Source: Amphiscolops sp. MND2022 (taxonomy: Eukaryota). From it: a stretch of 64,000 nucleotides of DNA. Under the pieces are notes generated by a model. The model made no database searches and was not told the DNA's origin. It was given only the letters and a program-made list of their open reading frames with translations. Location of the stretch: contig OZ076409.1 of assembly GCA_964187785.1 (NCBI GenBank), positions 3,970,001-4,034,000 on the forward strand, read 5' to 3'. Both the position numbers and the translations under genes were made by a program. Positions 25,542 to 38,913 of this stretch are shown in pieces (positions within the stretch are counted from its first letter, which is position 1; every line of letters starts with the position of its first letter).

Positions 25542-25905
25542 TTAGTGTTGATTTGTTGTAATGCATTGGTATTGTAATAGTTTATCTGCAATTGCTATGA
25601 TTTGTTCACTAAGCATAGGATTATCATTTCCTCGTACTTTTCCAAAATAAAATAGTTTTAATTGATCTACAAGCTCATCTGGATCAGATGGAAGAAAAAC
25701 ACAAATCAAAGATTTGCTCCGTCCAGGTGTAAAATTTAATCCACTTCCCAATTGGGATAGTTGATAAGGGATCTGTTGGTATATATTTTGATTAATCAAA
25801 TCTTTAATGAAATTATATCTCTTTGATTTTTTATCTCCATAATTTATATTATATTTCATATCATTCAATAAAGAATAAATTAGATTCACGTTGCTAATTT
25901 TGTTT
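25542..25905 (-). pseudogene. C-terminal fragment of the conserved Polinton PSDPDEL protein
   Basis: LPSDPDELVDQLKL...EQIIAIADKL, homologous to 41849-42847; repeated at 25904-26095 (+) and 26836-27183 (-). Confidence 0.85.
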
Positions 25906-26126
25906 GATTTGTGTTTTTCTGCCATCTGATCCAGATGAGCTTGTAGATCAATTAAAACTACTTTATTTTGAAAAAGTACGAGGAAATGATAATCCTATGC
26001 TTAGTGAACAAATCATAGCAATTGCAGATAAACTATTACAATACCAATGCATTACAACAAATCAACACCAAAGCATGCGAAGCCAGCTCTGCTGATACAC
26101 AGCACCTTCGGTCTTACAAGCTCCTT

Positions 26127-26326
26127 NNNNNNNNNNNNNNNNNNNNNNNNNNNNNNNNNNNNNNNNNNNNNNNNNNNNNNNNNNNNNNNNNNNNNNNNNN
26201 NNNNNNNNNNNNNNNNNNNNNNNNNNNNNNNNNNNNNNNNNNNNNNNNNNNNNNNNNNNNNNNNNNNNNNNNNNNNNNNNNNNNNNNNNNNNNNNNNNNN
26301 NNNNNNNNNNNNNNNNNNNNNNNNNN
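26127..26326. other. Assembly gap (200 N)
   Basis: Run of N. Confidence 1.
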
Positions 26327-28289
26327 TAAGAAAGGAAACGTTCACCTGTGATTTCGTCTGTTTGTGTTGTGTCCCTCTCTAGAAGGAAAACTGGGCAAAA
26401 AACTATCCGGTGCCCATGTTGGTCGCGTTTAGTGTTTTTTCGACAAAAAAGTTTTCCTTCGTTTGATGTATTTCTTGCAAGAATCTGACAGAAAAAGTAT
26501 TTCTTGCAAGAATCTGTCAGGTTCTTGCAAGAAATGTATTTTCTGCCAGAATCTTGCAAGATTTGTATTTTTTGTCAAGATCTTGCAAGAGTTGTAATTG
26601 TTTTCAACCAGGGTTATGATGAATTTAAAAGTTTATGCAGAGAAGCATGGCGGAAGAAGTATAATTATTTATTAATAAATACGTTAGAAGATAAAAACAA
26701 AAACAAGTATAAAATATGCAATGAATCTAATCCGGTGTTCAAGGTGTTTAATCCACAAACGGAACCCTTTTTAGTAACTGAAGGAGCTTGTAAGACCGAA
26801 GGTGCTGTGTATCAGCAGAGCTGGCTTCGCATGCTTTAGTGTTGATTTGTTGTAATGCATTGGTATTGAAATAGTTTATCTGCAATTGCTATGATTTGTT
26901 CACTAAGCATAGGATTATCATTTCCTCGTACTTTTTCAAAATAAAGTAGTTTAATTGATCTACAAAGCTCATCTGGATCAGATGGAAGAAAAACAAAAAT
27001 CAAAGATTTGCTCCGTCCAGGTGTAAAATTTAATCCACTTCCCAATTGGGATAGTTGATGAGGGATCTGTTGGTATATATTTTGATTAATCAAATCTTTA
27101 ATGAAATTATATCTCTTTGATTTTTTATCTCCATAATTTATATTATATTTCATATCATTCAATAAAGAATAAATTAGATTCACGTTTTAGCAACTTTTTT
27201 TGTCGAAAAAACACTAAACGTGACCAACATGGGCACCGGATAGTTTTTTGTCAGGTTTTCCTTCTAGAGAGGGACACAACACAAACAGACGAAATCACAG
27301 GTGAACGTTTCCTTTCTTAGACAAATGGCGCTTTAGGAGCAAACGAACCTGCATGTTACAGTTACTAAGTTTTCATACAGTCGACGTTTCCGGAGAAAAA
27401 CCACGGCTCTTGCAAAGATTGTTTTTTATCCAGTCCTTTTTGAACGGCACACTTTTCGTGCCAAAGTAAAGAGTTCCACAAAGATAGAGTAACTCAAACC
27501 CAAACTAGCTCTGAAGTCACGCTTTTTCGTTTGAACTTCCGAAAAAATGCAAACATCTTTACTGAACTCAGTTTGCAGGTGTAGGTGGGTACCCTGAAGG
27601 CCTGCTTCAGCTCGAGCTCATACATCGTGCCCTGGCTGTCCAGCACCCCACGGCGTTCTGTGTCTCTACCTTCCATTTGTGTTCGACTCCCGTTTGCATT
27701 TCCCACATCGGTGTTGAACGAATCGTCGAGGTCCTTGAAGAGAGCCCTGTCCTTCAGCATGAACCCGTTGCAACCCGAGTCCACCAATAACTCGAGTCCT
27801 CCTTCCTTTGGAGCCCCTTCAAAGCTTCCGAAGCTGAAGAAGCCAAGCTTAGCTGGACCCCGGACTGCCCTTTCTTGGTTTTGCAGTCTTTTGCAAGATG
27901 GCCCTTCTTATTGCACATGAAGCACGCCCTGCTTTCCTCTGACTTGCAATCTCTCGCCATATGTCCCTTTTTTGGCATTTGAAGACACGCTTTTTTTCGA
28001 CCTTTCAAAAAATTGCCATACGGTTGTCTTTCTGTGAAACTAGAACTTCAAAGGTACGAGGCTGACGCATGCAACGAGGACATTTTGGAACATGCTGAAC
28101 ACAACAAACTAGAAATTGCATGTCTTGCGAGAATCTTGCAAGAGAAATGTTTGTCTTGCAAGAATCTTGCAAGCTAAAGTTTCATCTTGCAAGAATCTTG
28201 CAAGAACCCTGTCAGAAAAATGCATTGTCTTGCAAGATCTTGCAAGACATCTTGCAAGATTCTTGCAAGATTTGTATTTTTTGTCAACT

Positions 28290-29143
28290 AGAAAACACCT
28301 CGAGTTTGTTGTATTCTTCACCTGTAAGGAAATAACTTTCATATTTTACATAATCCTCGGGACCCCATTTATGTTTAGTTGTATCATATACTACTTGGTA
28401 GTTGTGGTTGAGTATTTTATACTTTTGTGATCTAGTATCAAATTCAATTACGCCAAATTCTAACTGACTACGATATTGTTTCCAATGTTCTTTTAAGCAA
28501 AGCTCCTTCGGTATACTATAAGTGCTTACTATTGTTTCAAAGAAACTATCTGGATTGTTCATTGTTATAAAGGTCTTGAAACAATATTCTCTTACAACTG
28601 GGAGAACATCCTTTGCATAGTGTGCAAGATAAATAACTTGTACATTATGATGTCTACCAAACCTGAAAAAGTCTTCTACTTCGTTTTAAGGTTTTTATAT
28701 GCACCTGCATCATCCAGTTTTACCGTTTTATTAGCAAGTGATTCAATTTCTATTTTTTCTAATCGAAATAAAGGTATCTAATTCTCTTGACGGAATTCAG
28801 TTTCATCGCTACCGAATACTATAAAATTTGATACAGCAAACCTGGCTACGCATACCGCTTCGCTGGCTTTGCATTTAGTTTGGTCTAGGTAATGTTTTCA
28901 GAAAGATGTCTTACCTGATCCACTAGTACCATAAATTAACATATGAGAAATGGTATATGTAACTGGTGGAGTAAGTTCGTGTTCTTCTTCTTTGTTAGTC
29001 AAATGAGATTTTTTAAATCCCTTGAATTGTTTTAGTTTTTTGTATAGTTTTTCGTAATGTCTAGGTCTAATATAATACCAATAATTATATAAACCTATAA
29101 TAAAATTTACACATAATGAACCTATATAAAATTTTTCATTCAT
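28290..29143 (-). pseudogene. Packaging ATPase 1 of Polinton A
   Basis: Walker A IYGTSGSGKT, N-terminal hydrophobic segment; same stops as the left copy. Confidence 0.85.
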
Positions 29144-29157
29144 TTATTGATAAATAA

Positions 29158-30135
29158 ATGAAAGAAAAGAAGAAAAAACTGCTAAAGAAATATTCTCTCC
29201 TGTAATCAAGAAGTTTCAAAGAATTCAAATACAAACTCACTATGAAGATGAGTGTTCGAGTTTTGATCTCATTGACAGGTCTAGCTTATCAAAATATAAC
29301 AAAAACTACAAGTTTGTATTTACAGTAATTGACAATCATACTAAGTATGCATGGGCGATCCCCATCAAAGATAAAACCGGAAAAAGTACAACAACTGCAT
29401 TTAAAAGTCTTATTGGAAAAGCAAAAAGAAAACCTGATGAACTTTGGTCAGATAGAGGTAAAGAGGTTTATAATAAAAACATTTTTGAATTTCCTAAAAG
29501 AACAAAACATTCATATTTATTCCACTCATTCAGATTTAAAAGCTGTTTTTGTTGAACGATTCAATAGAACACTTTTAGACTTAATTAAAGAACCCATGTA
29601 CATTGAAGGAAAAGCTTGTTGGTTGATACATCTAGATACTGCTATGGAAAAATATAATAATCGTGTTCATGGAACTACTAAGATGACACCTTTTGAAATT
29701 TCAACTAATCAAAAATTAAAACCTAACAAAAAGATTATTTATTATAAACATAACACAGCAAAGCTGGCTTCGCATACCGAAGGCGCATCGCGTAAACAAC
29801 CCAAATTCCAAGTGGGAGACTATGTAAGAGTTCCTGATAAACGCAATTTATATAGTAAAGGATTTACACCAAATTGGAGTAGAGAACTTTTTAAAATGCA
29901 AAAAATGAATCCAACTAACCCAGTTACGTATGGTTTAGTAGATGAAAACAACGAACAAATAGAAGGAAAATATAATGAACAAGAACTTTTAAGAAGTGTA
30001 TTCAATTTTAAATCTAACAACAAAACGTTAGAAAGTATGAATATTTTCCATATCGATTGCGCTGTACGCGTACAGCGAAGTTGCCCTCCGGTAAATGTGA
30101 ATAATAATATTCAAATAAATAATGTCAGTTCATAA
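29158..30135 (+). pseudogene. Polinton retroviral-like (DDE) integrase, frameshifted
   Basis: FDLID, IDNHTKYAWAIP, WSDRGKE, KAVFVERFNRTL, YNNRVH...MTP, KGFTPNWS. Confidence 0.9.
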
Positions 30136-30876
30136 AGTCGGTTATAGTGCCGAAAGCTTACAAAAAGATAAGATTGAGAATCTTGAAGAAGAATTTGAAT
30201 CACAAACCAAATTATTTAATATAAAACTTAAAGATGTGCAAAGCACCGTTGATGGTGTATCTGATCAATTAGAAACGTTTAATACGCAAAGCGCCTTCGG
30301 TAACCTACAAAATACCGAAATAAAGTTAGAGAAGAAATTCAATTTATCAACGATGAAACACAAATCGTAGTCAATGCAAAGTTATTCTTAGATATAAATA
30401 AAAGTATAGAAGATATATAAATAAATTTGAAATATTTAGAACAAGATATTAAAAATAAATTATCAGACAAGAAGAAAGAAATAATTTCGGAAGCAGTCAA
30501 ACAAGCCAATGAACAACAAGTCATTTCACATAATCACTTCGAACGAAACATTTTTCTAGAATTGGAAAAATGTAAAAATCAAGCAGTCAAAGATACTATT
30601 CAATTACTTTATAATAAAGGATTGTTTGACTCATTTGAAAATAAAGACCAAATATTCCACGAATATTCAACATTTACAAACCAATACTTGTTGGAAAAAT
30701 ACGGAACAGAAATACAAACATCAGATGGGGTGTATTATTTATCAGACTTAGACGATTCAACAAGACAGACCGTGTTGAATACTCTAAAAAAAGACCAGTA
30801 CAAAGATATAGTTGACCTTAAATATAGAATGAAATTAACCACGAGCGATATCAATTTTATACTTTTCCAAAACTAA
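30122..30876 (+). pseudogene. Polinton hypothetical coiled-coil protein X1 (homolog of 52461-53237)
   Basis: HKxGYS N-terminus and KGLFDSFxNKDQ...TSDGxYYLSDL shared; frameshift near 30350. Confidence 0.75.
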
Positions 30877-30900
30877 AATTAAGTTTTTATATAATTTTAA

Positions 30901-31428
30901 ATGAGTGAAAAATTATATACCAAAGGCGCTTTGCGTGCAGAGCCAGCGAAGCTGTACCCCAGTTTACGCGAATCAGGTAGTTTAGATTTTCGATTAAAAG
31001 AAAAAAAGAGTTTTAATAATTCAATTCAAAATATAAAAGATATTCAAAATTTTTATAATCATGAATGTAAGAAGTATAAAAAGAAATCTAAAACATATAA
31101 AATTATAAACGGTTTAATTCAATCTGTTGATGGAGTTTTATTATTGGGTGTTTCTTCAACATGTATCATGTTAAGTGTTACCGGAGTTGGCCTTGTTGTG
31201 GTACCCATCGCGAGTGTCATAGGTGCAGGAGTATCCATAATCAGTAAAATTCTTAACGAATACCTGAAAAGAAAAGAACAACACAATATTTTAAAAAATA
31301 CTCTTGCTGGTAGAACACTAAATGATTTCTGTAAACTACTACATTCAAAATGTGTAGAAGATAATAAAATTGATCTGAATGAATACAACAAATTAAAACA
31401 AACTTATGATGTGTACAAAAACAATTAA
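30901..31428 (+). CDS. Polinton hydrophobic-hairpin protein X2, putative membrane-active virion protein
   Basis: 175 aa ORF with the hydrophobic stretch LSVTGVGLVVVPIASVIGAGV; homolog at 51854-52457. Confidence 0.7.
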   Translation: MSEKLYTKGALRAEPAKLYPSLRESGSLDFRLKEKKSFNNSIQNIKDIQNFYNHECKKYKKKSKTYKIINGLIQSVDGVLLLGVSSTCIMLSVTGVGLVVVPIASVIGAGVSIISKILNEYLKRKEQHNILKNTLAGRTLNDFCKLLHSKCVEDNKIDLNEYNKLKQTYDVYKNN

Positions 31429-31525
31429 ACTAAACTAAATTCTGAGTTTACTTTTTTAGGATAAATTTTTTAAGTAAAAATAAAATCAGTATAAAATTTA
31501 AATCCTAATTTTTATTCTTATTTAA

Positions 31526-32752
31526 ATGGAATTGTTTTCATTGAAAAGAAATATGCTATGAATAAACCTATTCATAAATTTGATTTTATTAAATACTCAC
31601 TTGGTAGTTTAGCTACAATTAATAATAGTAATTCAAATATTTCCATCATCTTCCCCAGAGAAGATGCATATATTTGTTTGCAGAATTCTTTTTCTAGTCT
31701 AGAATTTGAAGTTCTTAAAAACGATAATACAAGATATGCTGATGGTGATGAAATAAGCTTGGTCAACTTTGGGCCTGTTGCTTTATTTAGTGAAGCTAAG
31801 TTAACTACTAGTTCGGGCAAGCATTAAGAAAATGTTGATAACCTACACCCGATATGTTTATTGCATAAACTTTTAACATCTAATCAACAAACAAGTCAAT
31901 TGATGTACGGATTTGAAGAATCACAAGCAACTAGAAGACAAGAACTAACCAGAAACAAAACAGAAAAAGGATTTTTTGTTAGAATAAAACTAAAAGAATT
32001 GTTTGGATTTGCTGATCAAGAAAAAATAACTTATGGATTGGGTTACAGTCTCACGTTAAAACGTAATAATAATAACGACCCTATCATCAGGGACAACGGT
32101 GTGGATGCTGCAAAAATAAATATAAAAGACATCTCCTGGTATATTCCACACTACACACCATCAATGGGAAACCAACAACTCGTGATGGATCAAATATTAG
32201 ACAAAGACCCAACTGAAATATTTTATACCGAAAGAGCTGTTTTTTAGAAAAGATGTTAACACGAATAATTCTTGGACATCTGAATTAGGCAACAGTGGCG
32301 AATCCACACCAACATACGTTGTTGTTGGCTTTCAAGCAAGAAATAAAATTGATTCACAAACACATGATAACGCAATATTTGATCGTTTACCTGTTTCAAA
32401 TGCAGTTTGTAAAATAGGATCAGAAAAATATCCCGATGATGGAATAGAATGTGACTACAACCGGGATACGTATGACCAAGCATACAGTGAAATTGAAAAC
32501 TTCTGTTTGTTAAAAAGTGAAACTAATCTACTCAATCCGTTTATTGATTTGCATAAATTCAGGACAAATTATAGTTTCTATGTATTTGACTTATCCAAAC
32601 AAAAAGACCACATCGGGAGTCAACCTATTAGATTAGAATTTAAATTTAGTACTGCCATTGATGTAGCAGACTATATAGCTTATGCCCTAGTCCTAACACC
32701 CAAGTTAATTTCCATTAGTAGTGATGGACAAAGGCATTTTGATTTAACATAA
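31526..32752 (+). pseudogene. Major capsid protein (double jelly-roll) of Polinton A
   Basis: REDAYICLQNS..SLEFEV, FGPVALFSEAKL, ISWYIPH, VFDLSKQ...IRLEFKF; stops and frameshifts. Confidence 0.85.
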
Positions 32753-32886
32753 CCGAAGTTGCTTTGCATATGAGAAATAAATTTATAAAGAAATAAATAT
32801 ATTTATGCGAAATAAATTTATAAATAATATTTATATATAAGTATAAAATGATAATAAAGAATCTGTGATATATATAATTCATGGAT

Positions 32887-35800
32887 TTATAAAAGATGTG
32901 CTCGATCACTTATCCGTTTTAAAAGCTGTTGATGGTTCAGGGTTTGTTTCCAATACCAAACATTCAAATAAGTTTGGTCATCACTCAATCCATCACTCAA
33001 TTCTTTATAATACAAAACAACTATTTCAAACATTTTATACAGGGACAATCACCTTGTTGTGTGTGTTTATCCCATGGAAAACTTTGTATTTCATTTATAT
33101 GCAGACGTTTATCGTCAAAAGGATTCAAAGCAAGTTTGTTTTGTTTTTCAACTGTGAGGTTGTGTAATTTAGATCTAATTGATATATTTGTAGAACTTGA
33201 TGTTTGAGAGTTAAACAAACTGTTTATACAGTCTGTGTATTTTGGTGTATGTTGTATTCCTTTTTGTGTTGCTTTTTCTACAATACCGGAGGCGCTTTGC
33301 GTACCATTCGGAATGGAATTGTAACTAAAAGAATACGACTTTGATCGTAAAGCTACAAAACTGTCTAACACCAAAACTGGACTTGTTTCAATTTTCATTT
33401 TTCCTAAAACTTTCTTATTAGTGGGATCATACAACTCGTGGGATTTGTCTAATTCACTGAAATCAAATTTATCTTTGGTTTGTTTTAAAAACTCGATCAG
33501 ATTTTCTTGATTTTATCAAAACTAAGTATGAAAGAATCAGTATCCATGTAGTGTAGTTGTACTTTATTTTGCCAAAATGGTTCTAAAGTACGATAACAAA
33601 ATTCATACATTAATAATTTAGATAGTTCTAAAACTGTAAAACCTAAAAAATTGATTTGTCGAAGAGTGTTTTTTCTTTGTCATATTTGTACACACTAAAT
33701 GAATGGTAATGATCCACAATGCCTTTGAAACTTAACTTGAATTGTCTTTTTATTATTTGCTCAAATTTGGAATGATCAATGAAATCTAGGTTGGTTCTAT
33801 CTCCTAAATTTTCCACTGTCTTGCCAAAGAAAGCATTGTTCATTAATTTACACAGGTCTTTTTCAAAGTTTGTTTTTGCTACTGTGCGTTTTTTGGTGTT
33901 GTGATCAATATACTTTTCTAACCAGTTGTCTTGCTTGGATCGATACACACAGTGAATCTTTGTTATTTTCATTCCCATGCTGATGTAAAACTTGAATACC
34001 TTATAATGCATCATGTATTTTTGTTTGTTTGTTACATCACACATCAATTTGGGGTTGGGTTTGTAAATAGTTTGTTTTACACTATTCATATAATCTGAGA
34101 AAAGATTAGGATCTGCTTTTGTTTGATAAGGACAAAGTGGAATGTTTTCGGTTTTTTCTTCAATTTCAACAGGATACTCTAAATCACATTCTATAAAGTA
34201 GCCATATTCATTATCATCTGGTGTACTCAAAATGTCTTCTTTAATTTCATCACACAGTTCCAAATCATCACACAACGTGCTTTCAGTATTTTCTAAAAAC
34301 GGTACCGAAGGGCAGCAGAGCTGTATCTTTTTAAAGTCTCCTCTAGGAAGGTATTGACTCATAGCCCATCCAAACAAATTATTAGCGTCGATGTATAAGA
34401 TTTGTTTATTTTCGTTTGATTCAACAAATCGATCTCCCATTACACTTGAGATGCCTCCCCGTATATTGTTTTCTAGAAGTAGTAGTAGGTCTTTATCTTT
34501 TATAAAATCTAACTTTATATTAGTTAACTTTAATCCAGCTTCCCATGTATAACCAGGTAGAGAGTAACTATACAAAGGATTAATTTTATATTCTCGTGTA
34601 GAACTTTCCACAAAGTTTTCGAATACATCTGCTAGTTGTAAAACATCCATTTTTAAATATTACATAGTAAGTTGTTGGGGTGTTGTAATGTTGCATTTGT
34701 CAAATAATTGTTGAGTTCTTTTTATTTCATCATCACACGGGTAAGATTGGGTTAATGTTGACCAATAATCTCCTTTGGTTAAATTTAAAGGTTGAGACAT
34801 ACTTTCAAGATTGAATTTTTCATATGGAAGTTTTCAAGACTCTTAGGTGTAATATTTATTGCCAACTTTAGATTATAAGCTTGTGTTAAGAGTTCTTCAA
34901 ATATAAGATGACAATCATACCCAGAAAAGTTAAGGAAAAATATAGGAACAAAATTTGATGACTTTTGTTTTACATTTATGTTATTTATATTATGAGCTGC
35001 TCCTCTGTATTTTCCTGTTAGATGATCATGATCTCTAACCTTAGTATCATCGAGTGGATTTTCACAAAACCAACACTCCTCTGCGAGTTGAAATGATTCT
35101 TCTTCTTGAGGAGTTATTTGTAATTGTAGGTTTGTTTTAAAATAGTTACTAGCAATTTTTTCTAAAGTCAGCATTTCATTTACAAACCAACTTATACAGC
35201 TTTGCTGCCTTCCAGTACAGCTTTGCTGCCCTTCGCTGCAATCTACTCCGAAGTATGAATTACACTTGTTTCCGAATGGTGAAATTATATAATATCCTAC
35301 TGCAATTGGAATTTGTTTAAATAATAGTTTAGGGTTTTTTTGAGGTTGATTAATACATTCAAAATCAGCATATACTCTGATCGGGAGTGGCAGTTTCACA
35401 TGGTGATCTTCAAATTTTAGATGTTCCTTCATACTGAATGTGATATTAGTTGGTTGTTGATTTATACATCTTTTCATATGATCAATTAGAACCGGTTCTG
35501 AACTGAATGCTGTTAAACATCTTCTACATACATGTTTCATATGTGAATCTTTATTTATTAAACAATAAAACTTTGTTATTAGACAATAGTGATTCTGATA
35601 CAATAATAAATCTGTTTGTGATTGCTTGTAATTTTCGTTAATATAAATTGGTGTTAAAACATTTCAATTTAGTTCAAATACATTTATGCAAAGCGCCTTC
35701 GGTATACCGGTACCGGAGGCGCTTTGTGTATTTAAATTATTAAGTCTTTCAAATTTGGGTTTATCTTTTACTTTCATTGGGAATTCTAAACCTTTGATAT

Positions 35801-36680
35801 TCAAAGTATGCTTATACATATCATATTTTGATATCCTATCTTTATGATCCTCAACAGGATATAAATATGATAGGATACACCATAAAAAACAATATTGATC
35901 ATTATTTTTTATATTTATAAATGATTTATTATTCTTATATTTTAGTGGTAATTCAACCCACGAAAATGCTTTAATATCATTAACTTTATATATTTCTAAT
36001 ATAACTTCTTCTATTTCTTGAAATCGAAAACCTGATCCTTCTAATTGTAAGTCGTCTATTTTCTGCATTAATTTGCTATGAATTGTATGATCTTCATGCG
36101 AAGCCAGCGAAGCTGTATTAGAGTGATTATATATTAGATCTGATTTTATCCATCTTTTAAATACTTCTTCTTCTTCATTACCGAAGGCACCGAAGGCGCT
36201 TTGCGTGCTTTGTATAACGATTTTTGAGAACTTAGCTAAATAACTCAATTGATATTTAAATCGGGGAAAGTAACTTTTACTAAGTAATTCATTTATGTTA
36301 CGTTCAAGATTTTCATCTGGATTTATTTTAAGTTTAATGTATGTTCTTTCATTCATAATTATTTCTACTTCAGTACCGGAGGTACCAAACGATGTTTCCC
36401 GTTGGCGGTTTTGACTTTTTAGGATATGTTTTTCACTTTGGAAATGTCTTGTTTTATCGGATATATTTTTACCACAATCTCCCCACCATACTTTATTCTT
36501 TTTGCTTTTATGTTCATTTGAATTTAGATGGGAGTCTTTACATGATAAGGACATATATAAATTACATTTTTTCCAATAATATTGATTTTCGTTTTCTTGA
36601 TGACCTATTGATTTTATTTGATCGGATTTATAAGGTTTTTTATAATCTGAATTACAAAAAATACAATTCTCCATTTCCAT
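32887..36680 (-). pseudogene. Protein-primed DNA polymerase B with N-terminal Zn fingers, OTU-like domain and endonuclease VII insert
   Basis: YADFEC (ExoI), VRDHDHLTGKYRGAAH (EndoVII), YIDANNLFGWAM, KLMNNAFFGKT, YMDTDS, GKMK; several frameshifts. Confidence 0.95.
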
Positions 36681-36849
36681 TTATTAAGGAAAAACTAGTT
36701 TAATTAAAAAATAATTTTTCAAAAAATTGGTGAAAATACATTTTTATTTTGTGGTGTTAAGGTATTAAACTTTGCACAGATTTGAATGATAAATACAGCT
36801 TCGCTGGCTTCGCATACAGCTTCGCTGACTTCGCATATTTCATTTAGGA

Positions 36850-37503
36850 AACTTTTTTAAAATCTGTGATCTCCAACTCAAAACCTTTCCAATGATGTAT
36901 CATACACTGTGATATGTTGAACTTTTATAATCTCTACATGTTTAAGGGTTTCAGGTTTCAGGTGGTATAGTTTCAGCTGAGGGTGTCCGATCATGAAAAT
37001 TTTTAAAATCTGTGATCTCCAACTCAAGACCTTTCCAATGATGTATCAAACACTGTGATATGTTGAACTTCTATAATCTCTACATGTTTGAGGTTTTCAG
37101 GTTTTTCGAAGTTTCAGTTGGTCTACATTTGTACTAGGTTTTCGAATTGTATCTAGATAGATAGCCCTTGGCAAGACCTTTTCAATGGTATATTATACTT
37201 TGTTGTAACTCAAATATTCGTTGAGTTATGGCTTTTTTCCTGACCTATTAGTAATCTCTACATGTTTAAGAGTGAAAGTCTGAATGGAAAAAGTTGCCAC
37301 TTGAGTGCTTTTCAAGTGGTTTTTGACCCTATAATCTTTTTCAAAATCACTTTTCCCGAAAACTATATTAGGTAGAAACTTGAAATTTTCAGGGTAGACT
37401 ACTTATGGTATGATCTAATGATTGGAACCGAGACCGACAACCTCCGACTAATACCATGGTAACATGGTAAGTGGTATGCTTAAACATGTAGAGATAGGCT
37501 CTA
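36850..37503. mobile_element. Truncated non-autonomous DNA transposon fragment, possibly Academ-like
   Basis: TCTCTACATGTTTAAG at 36931, 37077 and 37256 and inverted at 37480-37494; ends GAGATAGGCTCTA; internal ~147 bp tandem duplication. The superfamily call rests only on the ..CTA end. Confidence 0.4.
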
Positions 37504-37639
37504 GCAATGTTTACATATTTGAATTTATTAATTGGTAGAAGTTTTGAAATTGAAAAAAAAATCAAATAATAAGAATTAACTGATTTGAAAGGTTACATTG
37601 TAGTATAGAAAGCACCTTCACCGAGTTAATTTCCCTTTC

Positions 37640-38034
37640 AGTCATTATTAAATAATTTGTTTTGGTATACTGGGACCCGCCAGGGCCTTCTCCGCTTCAT
37701 CTTCCTCGTCCCGTTTCCGCTTTTCTGCTCGTTCTTTTCTGATATCGCCAGTTTCTTTCAGTGATTTTAACTGTATTTTGTACTGACGTAAAGTATTGTA
37801 CTCTTTTATCAACTTTCATGTGTCCTGCAGAATGTTTTCCATGTTTTTTAGATTTCGCTCCAACACCGCCACATCAAGAGGGGCTTCGCTGACAAACATT
37901 TCTTTACAAAAGTCCCAAAGCTTAGGGTGAAAGAGATGCTCTTTGGTTGAATCCGCTTGAAATTGAGCATATAGATCATTCGATTTTTCTTTCTTTTGGT
38001 TTATTCTTTTCACTAGTTCTTGCTTATTACTCAT
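37640..38034 (-). pseudogene. Hypothetical charged protein near the Polinton A terminus
   Basis: MSNKQELVKRI... continues in frame past one TGA (37816) to ...KRDEEDEAEKALAGPS. Confidence 0.45.
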
Positions 38035-38913
38035 TTTGTTTCAACGATCAACGATTAAACGATACTGAATTCTATACGGTGTACTCTGGTTATGACACCA
38101 CTTGTTATACCACCACTCGTTCTACCACCAAACTCACTTGGCCACCAAATAGTGCGCGGACGGAGTGTTTTTATTAGTCAATAGATATTTTCCGTTATAC
38201 CACCAAATTTGCTTACCAACACTTTTTGCCAAGTACCAAGAATGGTGGTATAACGATATTAAATTCAAAACTGAAATTAATACTGAACTATTTGAAATTA
38301 CTAGACAGAGATGTCTGGTACACTGTCTGGTATTTTTTCTTTGATGTGAGCTTTCCAAGAAATTTCAATAATTGTGCGTTGAAAATTTGTGCGGTGGTTA
38401 TTTTGTCGAACAGTTACGCGAAGCCAGCTTTGCTGTGTGTTTTCCACTTGAACGCATTTGCTATTGCACTTGAATGCTACTTTCTTTCCAAAAATTTTTG
38501 CTACAAGGAATCTCTCGATACAAATTTTTTCTAATAACATCCACAGCACAATAGAGGTTAGTGAGGTTTTGCTTCATGAAAATATTTTCCATGAAAATTT
38601 TTGCTCATCGATTTTTATTTTGTTAATTTTTTAGTTGCGAAAAAGGCGAATTTCAGATGATTTGCCTTGAAAAAATGCCTAATTTTGATGGTCTATTTGG
38701 TCAGATATTTAATCCACAATTTGATTAAATTTTTTTTAAAATTTCCAGTAGTGAAAATACACCAATTTTATCGACTTTTTAATGAAAAAATGCCTAATTT
38801 TTATGGTTTGACTGGCCTGTATCGGGAATACGTATACTACTGACGTGCATCTAATTAAAACAACATTGATAAGTTTAGTTGGAAACCATAACTATCGGGC
38901 TACATATTAGTAT

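Larger units (their letters stand above)
21596..38841. mobile_element. Polinton/adintovirus A, rearranged and decayed, left end missing
   Basis: Integrase, ATPases, major capsid and pPolB homologous to Polinton B; terminus ATCGGGAATACGTATACTACT at 38821-38841. Linking this terminus to these genes is an inference. Confidence 0.85.

Noticed and set aside
26022..26559. ORFs containing runs of X
   Set aside because: They span the 200 N gap.
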